Source: a virus (Duplodnaviria > Caudoviricetes). Taken from it: a stretch of 53,580 nt of DNA. A program made the position numbers and the translations under genes. Shown here one piece after another: positions 7,635-17,477 of this stretch (position 1 is its first letter; each line of letters begins with the position of its first letter). Under the pieces are notes generated by a model. It ran no database searches, was not told the DNA's origin, and saw only the letters and a program-made list of their open reading frames with translations. Where the stretch lies: the IMG/VR virus record IMGVR_UViG_3300015360_000055, positions 1 to 53,580 of that record. One strand, 5' to 3'.

Positions 7635-9458
7635 ATGGGTATCGGTTCACAATCAGTTGAATTCATCCGGCAGTTCTTTCGTCAGACCGAATACGATCGC
7701 GCTCCTTACGTTCCGGCAACGGCCTCGGGCGGAATGTCTAACAGCTCCTCCTCATTCTCCTATGGCATGACAGGCGGAAGCCTTCACGGTGTCGCGGATT
7801 ACCTGCGACTGGATGCTGACATTGTTGCTCGCTACATGGATTATGAGGACATGGACGACTCACCCATAGTTTCAAGCTGTTACGATATTTACGCGGATGA
7901 TGCGACCCAGATCGATCCACAAACCGGGAAGTCTGTCTGGATTAACTGCGAGGACGAAGACATCCGAGCTGAGCTTGACACCATGCTTCATAAGCAGCTC
8001 CACATCGAGGAGCACATCTGGGGAATGACCCGGATGATTTGTAAGTACGGAAACCTTTTTCAAGAGATCGTGGCCAAGCAAGAGCAAGGCGTGATCGCAC
8101 TCAATACTTTATCTCCCCCCACGGTTCGAAGAATTCAGGTTCCAAAAGAAGTTGGCTACGATCCTGCCAAGCCTGAACAGAAGGAAATGAACTGGGACAC
8201 GCTCGGATACATTTACGATCCACGCGGAGTATTTAAAGTCACTACAAAGCAATTCATCGACGAGTTGAAATACAAAATTTCAGGTGATGTTCCCAAGGAT
8301 CGCCCAGCAGGTTGCGCCATATTCGAAGGCTGGGAAGTGGCTCACTACCGCCTCCTCGGAAAGACACCTGACTCTGCTTATGGATTCGGAATCTCCGAGC
8401 CTGCACGATGGATCTTCAAGCGTCTCTTGCTCCTGGAAGACTCAATCATTCTTCACCGTTTGACTCGTGCTCCGTCTCGTTACGCATTCTATGTGGACGT
8501 GTCAGGTGTGCCACCGAATGAGACCCCGGCCTATTTGAACCGCGTGAAGCAGGGCTTAAAGAAGTCCAAGTTTGTAAATCCAAACTCAGGGAAGATGGAT
8601 CAGAAGTACAACCCCATCTCTCAGGACGAGGATTTCTTCTTGGGTGTTCGCGACGGAAAAGAATCCACCCGCGTGGAAAGTCTTCAGGGTCCGATCTACG
8701 ATCACATCGAAGACATTAAGTTCTTTGAGAATAAATTGTTTGCTGCTCTCAAGGTTCCAAAGCCCTTCCTGACTTATGAAGAGTCTACCGCGAAGACCAA
8801 TCTTTCCGCAGAAGACGCTCGTTTTGCTCGCACCGTTCTCCGCATTCAGCGCGAGACCCGCAACGGACTCAAGCGTGTTTGTAAAGTTCATCTCGCCGCC
8901 AAAGGGATCAACCCAGACAATGTTGATTTCGAAGTCTGCATGTCTACTCCGAGCGCGATCTTCGAACTTGCGCAGCTTGAAATTAAAGCAGCAGAGCTTG
9001 ACCTTGCCGAGAAGTACACGGGCTGGGCTGACAAGTACTGGATCAAGACTCACATCTTGGGCTGGTCTGATGACCAGGTTCGCGAAGCAGGCCAGCCTGG
9101 TGAAGACGGCGGTTCGAGTGGCGGGAGTGGAGATCTCCAGGCTGCCCTCGATAAGCGCGGAACTCCAGGCTCAGGCGGGGGTGAGAAGTCCAGTTCATCG
9201 AGCCCTGAAAAAGAAACTGTCATCGCAACCGACGCCGATACGGTCGGAGCCGAAGTCGCATCGAAGGCAACACGCTCAGACATCATCATGAGCGCCGTAA
9301 AGAGAAACACGGAGAAGCTCCTGGAGCGTCTCGAAAAGTCTCAGCACAAAACGTCTGACAAATCTTCAGATAAGAAATTGAAAGAGATCGCTGAAGCATT
9401 GAAAGACTTGAGGCATACGGTTGATCGCACTCAGACTAGCGGAAGAGATCGTAAGTAG
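7635..9458 (+). CDS. portal protein, T4 gp20-like
   Basis: YEDMD..PIVSSCYDIYADD, LLEDSIILHRLTRAPSRYAFYVDV, EDFFL, IEDIKFFENKLFAALKVPK, EDARFARTVLRIQ. Confidence 0.95.
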   Translation: MGIGSQSVEFIRQFFRQTEYDRAPYVPATASGGMSNSSSSFSYGMTGGSLHGVADYLRLDADIVARYMDYEDMDDSPIVSSCYDIYADDATQIDPQTGKSVWINCEDEDIRAELDTMLHKQLHIEEHIWGMTRMICKYGNLFQEIVAKQEQGVIALNTLSPPTVRRIQVPKEVGYDPAKPEQKEMNWDTLGYIYDPRGVFKVTTKQFIDELKYKISGDVPKDRPAGCAIFEGWEVAHYRLLGKTPDSAYGFGISEPARWIFKRLLLLEDSIILHRLTRAPSRYAFYVDVSGVPPNETPAYLNRVKQGLKKSKFVNPNSGKMDQKYNPISQDEDFFLGVRDGKESTRVESLQGPIYDHIEDIKFFENKLFAALKVPKPFLTYEESTAKTNLSAEDARFARTVLRIQRETRNGLKRVCKVHLAAKGINPDNVDFEVCMSTPSAIFELAQLEIKAAELDLAEKYTGWADKYWIKTHILGWSDDQVREAGQPGEDGGSSGGSGDLQAALDKRGTPGSGGGEKSSSSSPEKETVIATDADTVGAEVASKATRSDIIMSAVKRNTEKLLERLEKSQHKTSDKSSDKKLKEIAEALKDLRHTVDRTQTSGRDRK

Positions 9459-9509
9459 TAGCGAGTTGGTATAGTTTCAGTTATCTTGAATACAAAGGGT
9501 TTATTGTAG

Positions 9510-12500
9510 ATGACACAAATGGCAGGCGCATCTATTCTTAATTTATTACTTGAGGACTGGATAACAGAAGTCCGAGTCGTTCGCGTTAAGAGAGTGCCTG
9601 CACGAATTCGTATGAAGCGTAAGCGTTACTACCGAAAGCGTAAGGCTCGCATCAAACGAATGTCTAGGATGAGACGTAGGAAGCCTCGGGCCAAAAGGCA
9701 AGCGAAGCGTAGAGCTAAGATTCGCAAACGAATGAATATTAAGCCAGGGAGCAGGAGGCGTATCCGGATGTCCTCTGCTGATAGATTTGGGAATCTTATG
9801 GAGGGTAAGCAAGTGAACGAAACCAAGGATTTGATTCGCGGATTTGAAAATGTTTCTCGTTTGGTAGACCAACTTGTTGGTGTGCTGGGGAAAGAGAAAG
9901 TCAACGAATCGCTTGGTAAGACCAACCACTCCCTGGTTGAAGATTTTTACCCCGCCGAATTGCCAGCCTTCGCCGACCATGGCGACATCATTTTACACGA
10001 AGACTTCGAAGCCATTCTTGGAATCAAGAAGCCCCTCCAGGAGAACAAGAAGCCTGCCGACTACTCCCAGATGAAGGCCGACGCGGTTGCCATGATCGCG
10101 AACATCAAGAGCGGAAAAGTCGATGAGAGCGAAGCTCTACAAATTTTGACTCTGATGACAGAAGGTCTCGACAAAGCTGTTGAGCGCGTCATCACCGAAA
10201 GCCCTGAGCTGGAAGAATCCGGAGAGACAAACGGCGATGATGACAGCGCCCAGTCTTCTTACGAAAAGCTCGGCCTTGAGCCGATGATGAAGAAGCTTGC
10301 AGCCAATCCTGCGCAACTGATCAAGAAGGTCGCTGACGATGACGGCGATGTAGAAGTCAAAGTCATGAAAGTGACCCACGACTCTCATAAGAACATGATT
10401 GGCATTCATCTCTATGATCCTAGCGAGCAAGAGATTGATCAAGCCGTCAACGATGCTTTCCGTGATGGATTCGAGTACGTCTGGGTCGAGTATCCGGCGA
10501 AGATGAACAACTCTGTCTCTGAAGCTAAAGGTTCACATAAGGTTGGATCTAAAGTTAAAGTGAACATGGGTGTTGATTCTGGCAAGACTGGCGTTGTTGT
10601 AGACAAGTCAGCCATCAAAACTAATGGTCGTGGAACTCCAGAAATTGAAGGCCACTACAAGCCGATGTCTACTGATGATGTCGCGATTAAGTTTGATCAC
10701 AATGGCAAGCACGCTGTTTACAGTAAGTCTCACTTGACTCCTGTTTCCGACAGCAAAGAAGAGGCCATCTCCGAGGCTGGTAAAAAAGGTCAGAAATGGC
10801 ACATCATTGACTGGGCTGGCAACAGCGTGTTCGGCGGTGATACTTTTGATTCGTTCGATGACGCAGAGGAATTCCTCAGCGTTAAGCTTGGCGACGATTA
10901 CGAAACTGATCGCGGAGAATACGATGTCGTGCAAGGTAAGACGACTGACAAGAAGTACCTCGATCCCAAGGATCCACGCGCCGGTAAAAAGATTAAGTCT
11001 GAAGCCGAAGATGAAAAGGTGAATGTTCGCGAGCTGAGCCCGATGGTTGTTCAGTATCTCTCTACTGCTCTTTGGTCATCCAACGATGGATCAAATGAGC
11101 AGGGCGGCGATCCACTTGATGACAACTATGACATCTCTGACATCGCTGAAGAGTCCGTCAAGAAGGCCACAGAAGATTGTGACTCCTTCTACGAGAAGGC
11201 CGAGAAGATCCTCGGAAAGAACGGTGACGAGATCACGGCCATTGAATCCGAATCACTGGGCCACGATTTCTGGTTGAGCCGTAACGGTCATGGTGCTGGA
11301 TTCTTCGATGCTGATTACCTCGATGAAGATATGAGAGATGCTCTTCAGGATTTAGCTAAAGAGTTTGGTGAGGTGAACGCTTACGTTGCAGACATCGGCG
11401 ATGAGCCAGGAAAGATCTTCATTGAATCTTTCGAGGCTGACACTGAAGAAGATCCACTCGTTGAGATGGCTCGTATCAATAAAGAAGCACTCTTGAATGA
11501 ATCCAAGAGTGAGATGGTGATGAAGATCAAGCAAATGGAAGCTGATCTCCACAAAGCCATGCACGAGAAGAAGATCTCCGCTCCAAACGGACAAGAGATC
11601 CCATTCAAAATCATGGGTCACGACGAAGCCGAAACCGTGAAGGAAAAGAGCGGCAAGGTATTTGACTACCCAGAGATGACTCACTTCAACATCGAGTCAT
11701 GGGAAACGATGAAGCTCTCCATGACTGCCGATGGCCGCATTATTCCAGAAGGCGTTGCCCTCAACGGCAAAGGCGTTCCTGCTGAAAAGATCATCGCTGA
11801 CGTTCTCAAGAACGTGAAGAACTGGTCCGCTCACGTTGCCAAACTCAAGAGCGAGAAGGCCACGAAGAAGGAAGCCAAGCAGAACGAAGCCAAGGCCGAT
11901 GATGGCGCTGTTGAAGTTGCCTATGACGGAACTGTTGATCGTGGTGAAGGTAAAGAACATGTGGCAGTGATTCGCAAGGGCGATAAAATCATTGATCGCA
12001 TCCATGGAAAGACAAAAGAAGCTGCTATATCCGCAGCTCAAGAAGCGGCCAAGACTCCAAAGGCAGAGTCCGCTCCTGTCACCGAGATGGCTCGCCAGAC
12101 CACTGATGTGGTTGCTGCTGCCTTCGTTGCAGGAGAGCCCAAGAAGGACAAGAACAACCACACTGATGGAAAGTCTTTCTTCCTTCATGGCAACGAGATT
12201 GCCAAGATTGAAAAGGGTCAGCTCTCGATCACGAACGCAGGCTGGGAAACCACAACGACTCGTGAGCGGTTGAACGGAATCATGGTTGCTGCTGGTGTCG
12301 GTAAGAAGGTCTCCCAGGAAAAGGGCAAGCAGATGCTTGACGGCAAAGAGTGGGACGGTGAGTGGACCAAGGTGGGCAAAGTAAAGCCTCCTACGCCTCC
12401 AACCCCAGACAAGCCAGTCAAAGAAGCTGTGGCAGATCCAAAGTCCGTCAAGGGCAAGGATATGACCCCCGCTAATAAAGCCGAGATGGGCAAGAGTCTT

Positions 12501-14885
12501 CCAGGCAAGTTCGTTCGCTCAGGCGATACCGACACTGCCAAGAAGATCATGAAGCATCATGAAAGCATCAGTGAGAATAAGGGTGATGGCAAGCCACGCA
12601 TCATGACCACTTACGACATCGTCACCCCGGAGTCTGCTTCCCGTGGTGATGTTGCTGAGAACGGTTGGGAAGATGAGATCGGACACGACTGCACACCTGA
12701 CGAACATGATATCGAAGACGGAAAGACTGTTGTCGATTTAGCGGTCGAGTTTCTGAAAGATAAGGGCGTACTTGAGCCGTCATCAACTCAGTTTCATACC
12801 GGGATTTGGTATAACACCATAGATCCAGAAACTGATTACCAGGACGGTTCTGAAAAGAACTACGCCTATCATCTGTACGACTTTACTCCAGAGCAGGAGA
12901 AGCAAGTCTATGGTGGCGTCATGGGTAAAAAGGAAGCTAAAAATCCTGAAACCCGTAGCGGCGACCTCACCGAGAAGACGGGCGACGGCTACACCTTCAC
13001 GGATAAAGAATCTCAGATGGAATCTCTGGCGGAATACATTGACGAGCACGTCACGTTGGAGACTGAGTACAGAACTGAACACGAAGACTCCGGCAATGAT
13101 TATCTCGATGCCATGATGGATTCGGTAAATACCGAAGAATGTCTTGGTATGAACATGACCAATAACGTTCTTTGGGCACCGCTTGAAGCGGCTAAGGATG
13201 CTGGTATTCCAGTGAAGGAATTGGATCAGATTTTAAAAGATCTTGTCACTGCTAAAGCTTCTGGTGTTTTTTATCCAGACAACGCAGTCTCTTCCACTGG
13301 CCAGCTTGGAGAAGTTGAGACTCAGCTTGACAGCATGGGCGGGACCGTAAACGGTAAAAAGGTAGATGATGTTTTCGAGATTTTATCCGCTGGCCTTGAT
13401 GAGAAAGATAAGAAGGCTGTCGCACGGAAGCTTCAAGAGGCTTACTGGGATGGCAAATCAAATTACGCTTATGGCGACGCTGCCTACGACACTTGGATGT
13501 TCGTCGTTGATGAAGACGCTTTGATCGACGCCATTAATGAAAAACTGAAAGAAACTGGAAAGCCTGAACTTAATCTAGATGGTGAGACTGAAGAGTCCAC
13601 TCAGGTTGAGTCTGTCCAGAAGAAGTTGAAAGAGTCTCACTCTGACTCAGATCTCCAGGGCATGAGCGCATCTGCTTTGCTGAAGCTGATCCGCAGTAAG
13701 GAAGTCACTTACGCTGAAGTGGACAAGGCTCTTGAGAAGGAAAAAGACTTCCGGAAGCTTGACTGGATCGGTGACCAACTTGCGAAAGACGATCTGAAGA
13801 AGCCCGGCACTCCAGTTGATGAAGCCAGTGCAGAAAAAAACTTTGAAGTCTGGATTAAGACTCCAATGCCATCCACTACCGAAGTAGATGCAAAGTTTGC
13901 CACCAAGGCTGAAGCTGAAGCCCACATGGCCGAGCGGAAAGCTAAAAATCCTGATTGGAAAATCTGGATCGAAACAACTTCTGGACGAGCTAAGATGTCA
14001 AAGGCATTCCCAGAAGCTGGAGAGACGGACGACACCGGTCAGACAGAAGCTGCGCCAGTCGATCAAGAGCTTAAGAGCAGTGTTGAGACTTCGGTTGACC
14101 ATAAGAAATGGAAGGCTAAGCACAAGGCTCCAGTTCAAAAGGAATCGCTCGCAGTGGAGATCGACGGACAGAAGTTCGGCCTTACCACTGAAGAACTCAA
14201 CGAAGAAGGCATCGTTGCCGATCTCGCAGCGGCCATCGGTGGTTCGTCTGAGCCAGAGAAGCTCGAAGAACTCAAGACTGAGATCGCCGATTCCATGGAC
14301 ATGGACAGTGGTCGATACTCTTCATGGGGAAAGTCGGGAAGCTTTGAAGCTGATGGGACTGAGTACCAGTTCATCATCAGCGAAGACGAAGCCGAGAAGA
14401 TTGCCAAAGACATCGTCACTCAGGATCTTGAGGACGACCCATATGAGATGTTCAGTCATGACTTTTTGAATGAGCATCTTTATGTGGGTGACACTGACAA
14501 GCGTTTGATCGCAAACGACGATGCCGACGCACGCATGGACGGCATGAGCGATGAAGACATCATCGATGAAGTTGAAATGCAAGATGAGTACGAAGCTGCT
14601 GAGGGCAAAGCAAAGGAAAAAATCCTTGATAAAGCCAAAGAGCAGATCATGAGCACGCACTACGACTCAGTTTATGAGCAGCTCGACAAGGATCCAGTGG
14701 GATACTTTGAAGACATGGGCGGGGCCGAAATGGTCAAAGACATGATCGAGAAAAATCTTCTGAGTGTGGACGTGAAGGCAGCCGCAGAGGAAGCCGTCAG
14801 GATCGACGGTTGGGCGCACTTCTTGTCACACTATGACGGAAACTACGAAACCACTCCGGGTGGCGTTGTCTACTTCAAGGAGTAA
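9510..14885 (+). CDS. 1791-aa modular acidic protein, putative prohead-core/internal polyprotein
   Basis: Between portal and protease, where T4 has gp67/gp68; Arg-rich N-terminal segment; many small modules separated by [ILV]-x-E motifs. Confidence 0.7.
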   Translation: MTQMAGASILNLLLEDWITEVRVVRVKRVPARIRMKRKRYYRKRKARIKRMSRMRRRKPRAKRQAKRRAKIRKRMNIKPGSRRRIRMSSADRFGNLMEGKQVNETKDLIRGFENVSRLVDQLVGVLGKEKVNESLGKTNHSLVEDFYPAELPAFADHGDIILHEDFEAILGIKKPLQENKKPADYSQMKADAVAMIANIKSGKVDESEALQILTLMTEGLDKAVERVITESPELEESGETNGDDDSAQSSYEKLGLEPMMKKLAANPAQLIKKVADDDGDVEVKVMKVTHDSHKNMIGIHLYDPSEQEIDQAVNDAFRDGFEYVWVEYPAKMNNSVSEAKGSHKVGSKVKVNMGVDSGKTGVVVDKSAIKTNGRGTPEIEGHYKPMSTDDVAIKFDHNGKHAVYSKSHLTPVSDSKEEAISEAGKKGQKWHIIDWAGNSVFGGDTFDSFDDAEEFLSVKLGDDYETDRGEYDVVQGKTTDKKYLDPKDPRAGKKIKSEAEDEKVNVRELSPMVVQYLSTALWSSNDGSNEQGGDPLDDNYDISDIAEESVKKATEDCDSFYEKAEKILGKNGDEITAIESESLGHDFWLSRNGHGAGFFDADYLDEDMRDALQDLAKEFGEVNAYVADIGDEPGKIFIESFEADTEEDPLVEMARINKEALLNESKSEMVMKIKQMEADLHKAMHEKKISAPNGQEIPFKIMGHDEAETVKEKSGKVFDYPEMTHFNIESWETMKLSMTADGRIIPEGVALNGKGVPAEKIIADVLKNVKNWSAHVAKLKSEKATKKEAKQNEAKADDGAVEVAYDGTVDRGEGKEHVAVIRKGDKIIDRIHGKTKEAAISAAQEAAKTPKAESAPVTEMARQTTDVVAAAFVAGEPKKDKNNHTDGKSFFLHGNEIAKIEKGQLSITNAGWETTTTRERLNGIMVAAGVGKKVSQEKGKQMLDGKEWDGEWTKVGKVKPPTPPTPDKPVKEAVADPKSVKGKDMTPANKAEMGKSLPGKFVRSGDTDTAKKIMKHHESISENKGDGKPRIMTTYDIVTPESASRGDVAENGWEDEIGHDCTPDEHDIEDGKTVVDLAVEFLKDKGVLEPSSTQFHTGIWYNTIDPETDYQDGSEKNYAYHLYDFTPEQEKQVYGGVMGKKEAKNPETRSGDLTEKTGDGYTFTDKESQMESLAEYIDEHVTLETEYRTEHEDSGNDYLDAMMDSVNTEECLGMNMTNNVLWAPLEAAKDAGIPVKELDQILKDLVTAKASGVFYPDNAVSSTGQLGEVETQLDSMGGTVNGKKVDDVFEILSAGLDEKDKKAVARKLQEAYWDGKSNYAYGDAAYDTWMFVVDEDALIDAINEKLKETGKPELNLDGETEESTQVESVQKKLKESHSDSDLQGMSASALLKLIRSKEVTYAEVDKALEKEKDFRKLDWIGDQLAKDDLKKPGTPVDEASAEKNFEVWIKTPMPSTTEVDAKFATKAEAEAHMAERKAKNPDWKIWIETTSGRAKMSKAFPEAGETDDTGQTEAAPVDQELKSSVETSVDHKKWKAKHKAPVQKESLAVEIDGQKFGLTTEELNEEGIVADLAAAIGGSSEPEKLEELKTEIADSMDMDSGRYSSWGKSGSFEADGTEYQFIISEDEAEKIAKDIVTQDLEDDPYEMFSHDFLNEHLYVGDTDKRLIANDDADARMDGMSDEDIIDEVEMQDEYEAAEGKAKEKILDKAKEQIMSTHYDSVYEQLDKDPVGYFEDMGGAEMVKDMIEKNLLSVDVKAAAEEAVRIDGWAHFLSHYDGNYETTPGGVVYFKE
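12945..12957 (+). repeat. dispersed motif copy 2, CCTGAAACCCGTA
   Basis: Read directly; inside the 1791-aa CDS, in a linker. Confidence 0.85.
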
Positions 14886-15183
14886 TATGGTACTCGTTGC
14901 CGGTCAAAACAATGCGATAGCCTTTACTGGAAATCCATCTGGCCAGACCGATGTCAGCGAGATCGCTAAACTCGTTTCCTTCCATTTCGTAGGCTTCAAA
15001 GATGTCCTCAAAGAACATGTGAACAGCCGCTTCAAAAGAGATGGGCTCTCCCTGCATGGCCTGAATTTGCTCAAGCATGACCGGGTAGAGATTCTCGTTC
15101 CATCCAAGAGGGTGGCCCCAGTAGGGGTTTCCATCAACGTTGTAAAGCAGCATGTTTTTCCACGATATTTTAGTCATACTCAC
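14875..15183 (-). CDS. hypothetical protein, lone minus-strand gene in the head operon (start 15183 or 15177)
   Basis: Fills the gap between two + genes; protein-like composition; 11-nt convergent overlap with the 1791-aa gene. Confidence 0.65.
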   Translation of the reverse strand: MSMTKISWKNMLLYNVDGNPYWGHPLGWNENLYPVMLEQIQAMQGEPISFEAAVHMFFEDIFEAYEMEGNEFSDLADIGLARWISSKGYRIVLTGNEYHITP

Positions 15184-15232
15184 ATTCTCTCATTAACCAT
15201 TACGTTTTGTAATTGGGTCAGGAAAGACACAT

Positions 15233-15643
15233 ATGGATGCCAATAAGATTGCCAAGTTAGCCAAAGACCTGTCTCGCCCAGGACACAAGTCTGTAGCCAT
15301 TGCTTCTGCGCTCGGGATCCACTCGGACCAGATCCCCAATCTGATTGCGCGAGAGATTCGGAACGGAAATTTACTGGGTCTTTCTCAGGAAGAGCTGACC
15401 AATCTCTCGAAGAATTTAGGAGATGAAAGTCTTTCGAAAGTGATCGCTGCGAAAACCGGAAATAAAACGTCTGCTCGCAAAGAAGACAAAACGTCACGCA
15501 CTTCTAAACAACTTGCAGATAGTCTTGAAGCTTTGCACAAGAGGCTATACGATAGAGTTGTAAAGGGTAAACCTAAGGCTAAGCTGGTCAATGGTAAGAA
15601 AACCAAGATCCCAGGATTCGCGTATCACTTTAGGAAAGAGTAA
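15233..15643 (+). CDS. basic hypothetical head-region protein
   Basis: 136 aa, Lys-rich; stop abuts the protease ATG. Confidence 0.7.
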   Translation: MDANKIAKLAKDLSRPGHKSVAIASALGIHSDQIPNLIAREIRNGNLLGLSQEELTNLSKNLGDESLSKVIAAKTGNKTSARKEDKTSRTSKQLADSLEALHKRLYDRVVKGKPKAKLVNGKKTKIPGFAYHFRKE

Positions 15644-17437
15644 ATGAAAAAAGTTCTGGTCGATCTCGCAGGGAGTATCAAGCTTCAGCTTACTGAAAGC
15701 ACCGAAGGCGGAAAGCATTTAGTTGCTCGCGGTGAATTCGGTCGCGCTGATGTACCCACGCAAAATCGCCGGGTCTACCCGCGTAAAGTTTGGGAACGCG
15801 AAATTCAACGCATCAATGAGGCCATCGCATCCGGCAAAGTTCTTGGTGAACTCGATCACCCAGCCGATGGAAAGACTTCTCTGAAGCGCGTCTCGCACAT
15901 CATGACCGGTCTCCACATGCAGGATGACGGTGTGATCATTGGCGAAGCAAAAATTCTTGATAACGAATATGGCCGTCAGTTGAAGTCCATTCTTGAAGCA
16001 GGCGGCGCTATCGGTGTTTCGTCTCGCGGTATGGGTTCAACAGCCATGGGTGAAGACGGCTCGGAAGTTGTTCAAGAAGACTATCAATATATGACCCACG
16101 ACTTCGTGGCGGATCCAGCAGTTCTGACTTCGTATCCGAAGTTTCAGACTGAAGTTCGATGGATCAAGCCAGACTCGGTGGTGACAGAGAATTCCTCAAA
16201 GGAGACTGTGATGAATAAGGTTGAGCAAAAGATTGAGGCAGTGGCTCCAGTCGTTGAGACAAAAGAAAAAGAACAGGACAACAACGCTGTTCCGGCTGAA
16301 GTGAAGCCAGAAGAAGTGAAGCCTCCTGAAGCAAAGATTGAAGAGCCAGCAGCAGAAGTTCTTGCTCCAGTTGCCGAGAGCCCAGCTCTTGAAGCAACTG
16401 CTGAAGCGAACATCAAAGCTGAAGCAAAAGATCCACATGGAGCTGAAGATCTTGAGCCTTCCAAGCATGACGAGCCTTCGGACGCCAAGTACAAAGAATT
16501 GAAGAAAAAGAAACTTGCCGGGGACGAAAGTCTCAAGGGCAAGACTGATCTCGAATTGGCAACTATGGCGGGGATGAAATCTATGCACGGCGAAGCTATC
16601 GTCACCGATGAGGCTCAGAAACTTCGTGAATCTATCAAAGCTGAACTCCAGGCTGACCCTGCTTTTGCTGCTGCTCAAATTGCGCTTGAGAGCATCAAGA
16701 CTGCCGTTCGTCCCTTCCTTCTCCCTGAAGCGACTGCTTCTGAGAAAGATGAAGAAATTAATTCTCTCAAAGTTGAAAACACTGCGCTCAAAAATAAGAT
16801 CGTAGAGCTTGGCGCTGTGGCCAACCGTTTGGGCGCTCATCTTCACTTCGAGCGCAAGATCGCCGAGATGAAAGAAGATCGCGAAGAGATGGCCGCAATT
16901 GTCGGCAAACAAAAACTTGAAAGCGTGAAACACGTTGACTCCATCCTTGTTGAAGCAAAGAAGACTCTTGAGTCTCGCAAGGAAGATAAACGCGCAAACG
17001 CCCTGGAAACAAAGCGTCTGGAATCGAAGTTCGAAGCCAAGATGAAAGCTTTGGAAGACCAGAACAAAAAATTAGAAGAGTCTCTGAAGAGCACTGTGTC
17101 TCTCAGCAAAGAACTAGGTATTAAGCTTTACATCTCGGAAAAAACGCGTGGCAATCCGAATGCAAAGAAGATTAAGGAACTTTGCGAAGGCAAAACAGAA
17201 CGTAAAGATGTTGATAGCATTCTTGCACGATTTGCTGTTGCCCCGTCCGCTGGTGAAGAATACAATGCTATTAAGAGAAGGTTTGAAAAATTAGCAGGAA
17301 CATCTCTCGTTGAAGATCAACTGAAGGAGACGGGGGCAAATCGCGCTGCTTCAGGTTCTGATGAAGAGGGTGTTCTAGGTGAGATGACAGACTTGTTTCC
17401 GGGTGCGACCTTGGACCAGGTCAAAGCACTGATGTAA
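15644..17437 (+). CDS. prohead protease (T4 gp21-like) fused to a coiled-coil scaffold
   Basis: NRRVYP, LGELDHP, RVSH, GEAKIL, GVSSRGMGS, DFVADP, then about 400 aa of E/K-rich coiled coil. Confidence 0.93.
   Translation: MKKVLVDLAGSIKLQLTESTEGGKHLVARGEFGRADVPTQNRRVYPRKVWEREIQRINEAIASGKVLGELDHPADGKTSLKRVSHIMTGLHMQDDGVIIGEAKILDNEYGRQLKSILEAGGAIGVSSRGMGSTAMGEDGSEVVQEDYQYMTHDFVADPAVLTSYPKFQTEVRWIKPDSVVTENSSKETVMNKVEQKIEAVAPVVETKEKEQDNNAVPAEVKPEEVKPPEAKIEEPAAEVLAPVAESPALEATAEANIKAEAKDPHGAEDLEPSKHDEPSDAKYKELKKKKLAGDESLKGKTDLELATMAGMKSMHGEAIVTDEAQKLRESIKAELQADPAFAAAQIALESIKTAVRPFLLPEATASEKDEEINSLKVENTALKNKIVELGAVANRLGAHLHFERKIAEMKEDREEMAAIVGKQKLESVKHVDSILVEAKKTLESRKEDKRANALETKRLESKFEAKMKALEDQNKKLEESLKSTVSLSKELGIKLYISEKTRGNPNAKKIKELCEGKTERKDVDSILARFAVAPSAGEEYNAIKRRFEKLAGTSLVEDQLKETGANRAASGSDEEGVLGEMTDLFPGATLDQVKALM
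16211..17437 (+). CDS. probable nested in-frame scaffold protein (internal start)
   Basis: AAAGGAG-actgtg-ATG at 16211, in frame, directly after the protease domain. Confidence 0.6.
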   Translation: MNKVEQKIEAVAPVVETKEKEQDNNAVPAEVKPEEVKPPEAKIEEPAAEVLAPVAESPALEATAEANIKAEAKDPHGAEDLEPSKHDEPSDAKYKELKKKKLAGDESLKGKTDLELATMAGMKSMHGEAIVTDEAQKLRESIKAELQADPAFAAAQIALESIKTAVRPFLLPEATASEKDEEINSLKVENTALKNKIVELGAVANRLGAHLHFERKIAEMKEDREEMAAIVGKQKLESVKHVDSILVEAKKTLESRKEDKRANALETKRLESKFEAKMKALEDQNKKLEESLKSTVSLSKELGIKLYISEKTRGNPNAKKIKELCEGKTERKDVDSILARFAVAPSAGEEYNAIKRRFEKLAGTSLVEDQLKETGANRAASGSDEEGVLGEMTDLFPGATLDQVKALM

Positions 17438-17477
17438 AAGGTCGTTACAGAAAACACAAGGAGTGAGAAATAAACGT

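Noticed and set aside
14833-15246. 137-aa + strand ORF across the gap
   Set aside because: Overlaps both neighbours and looks less protein-like than the minus-strand ORF.
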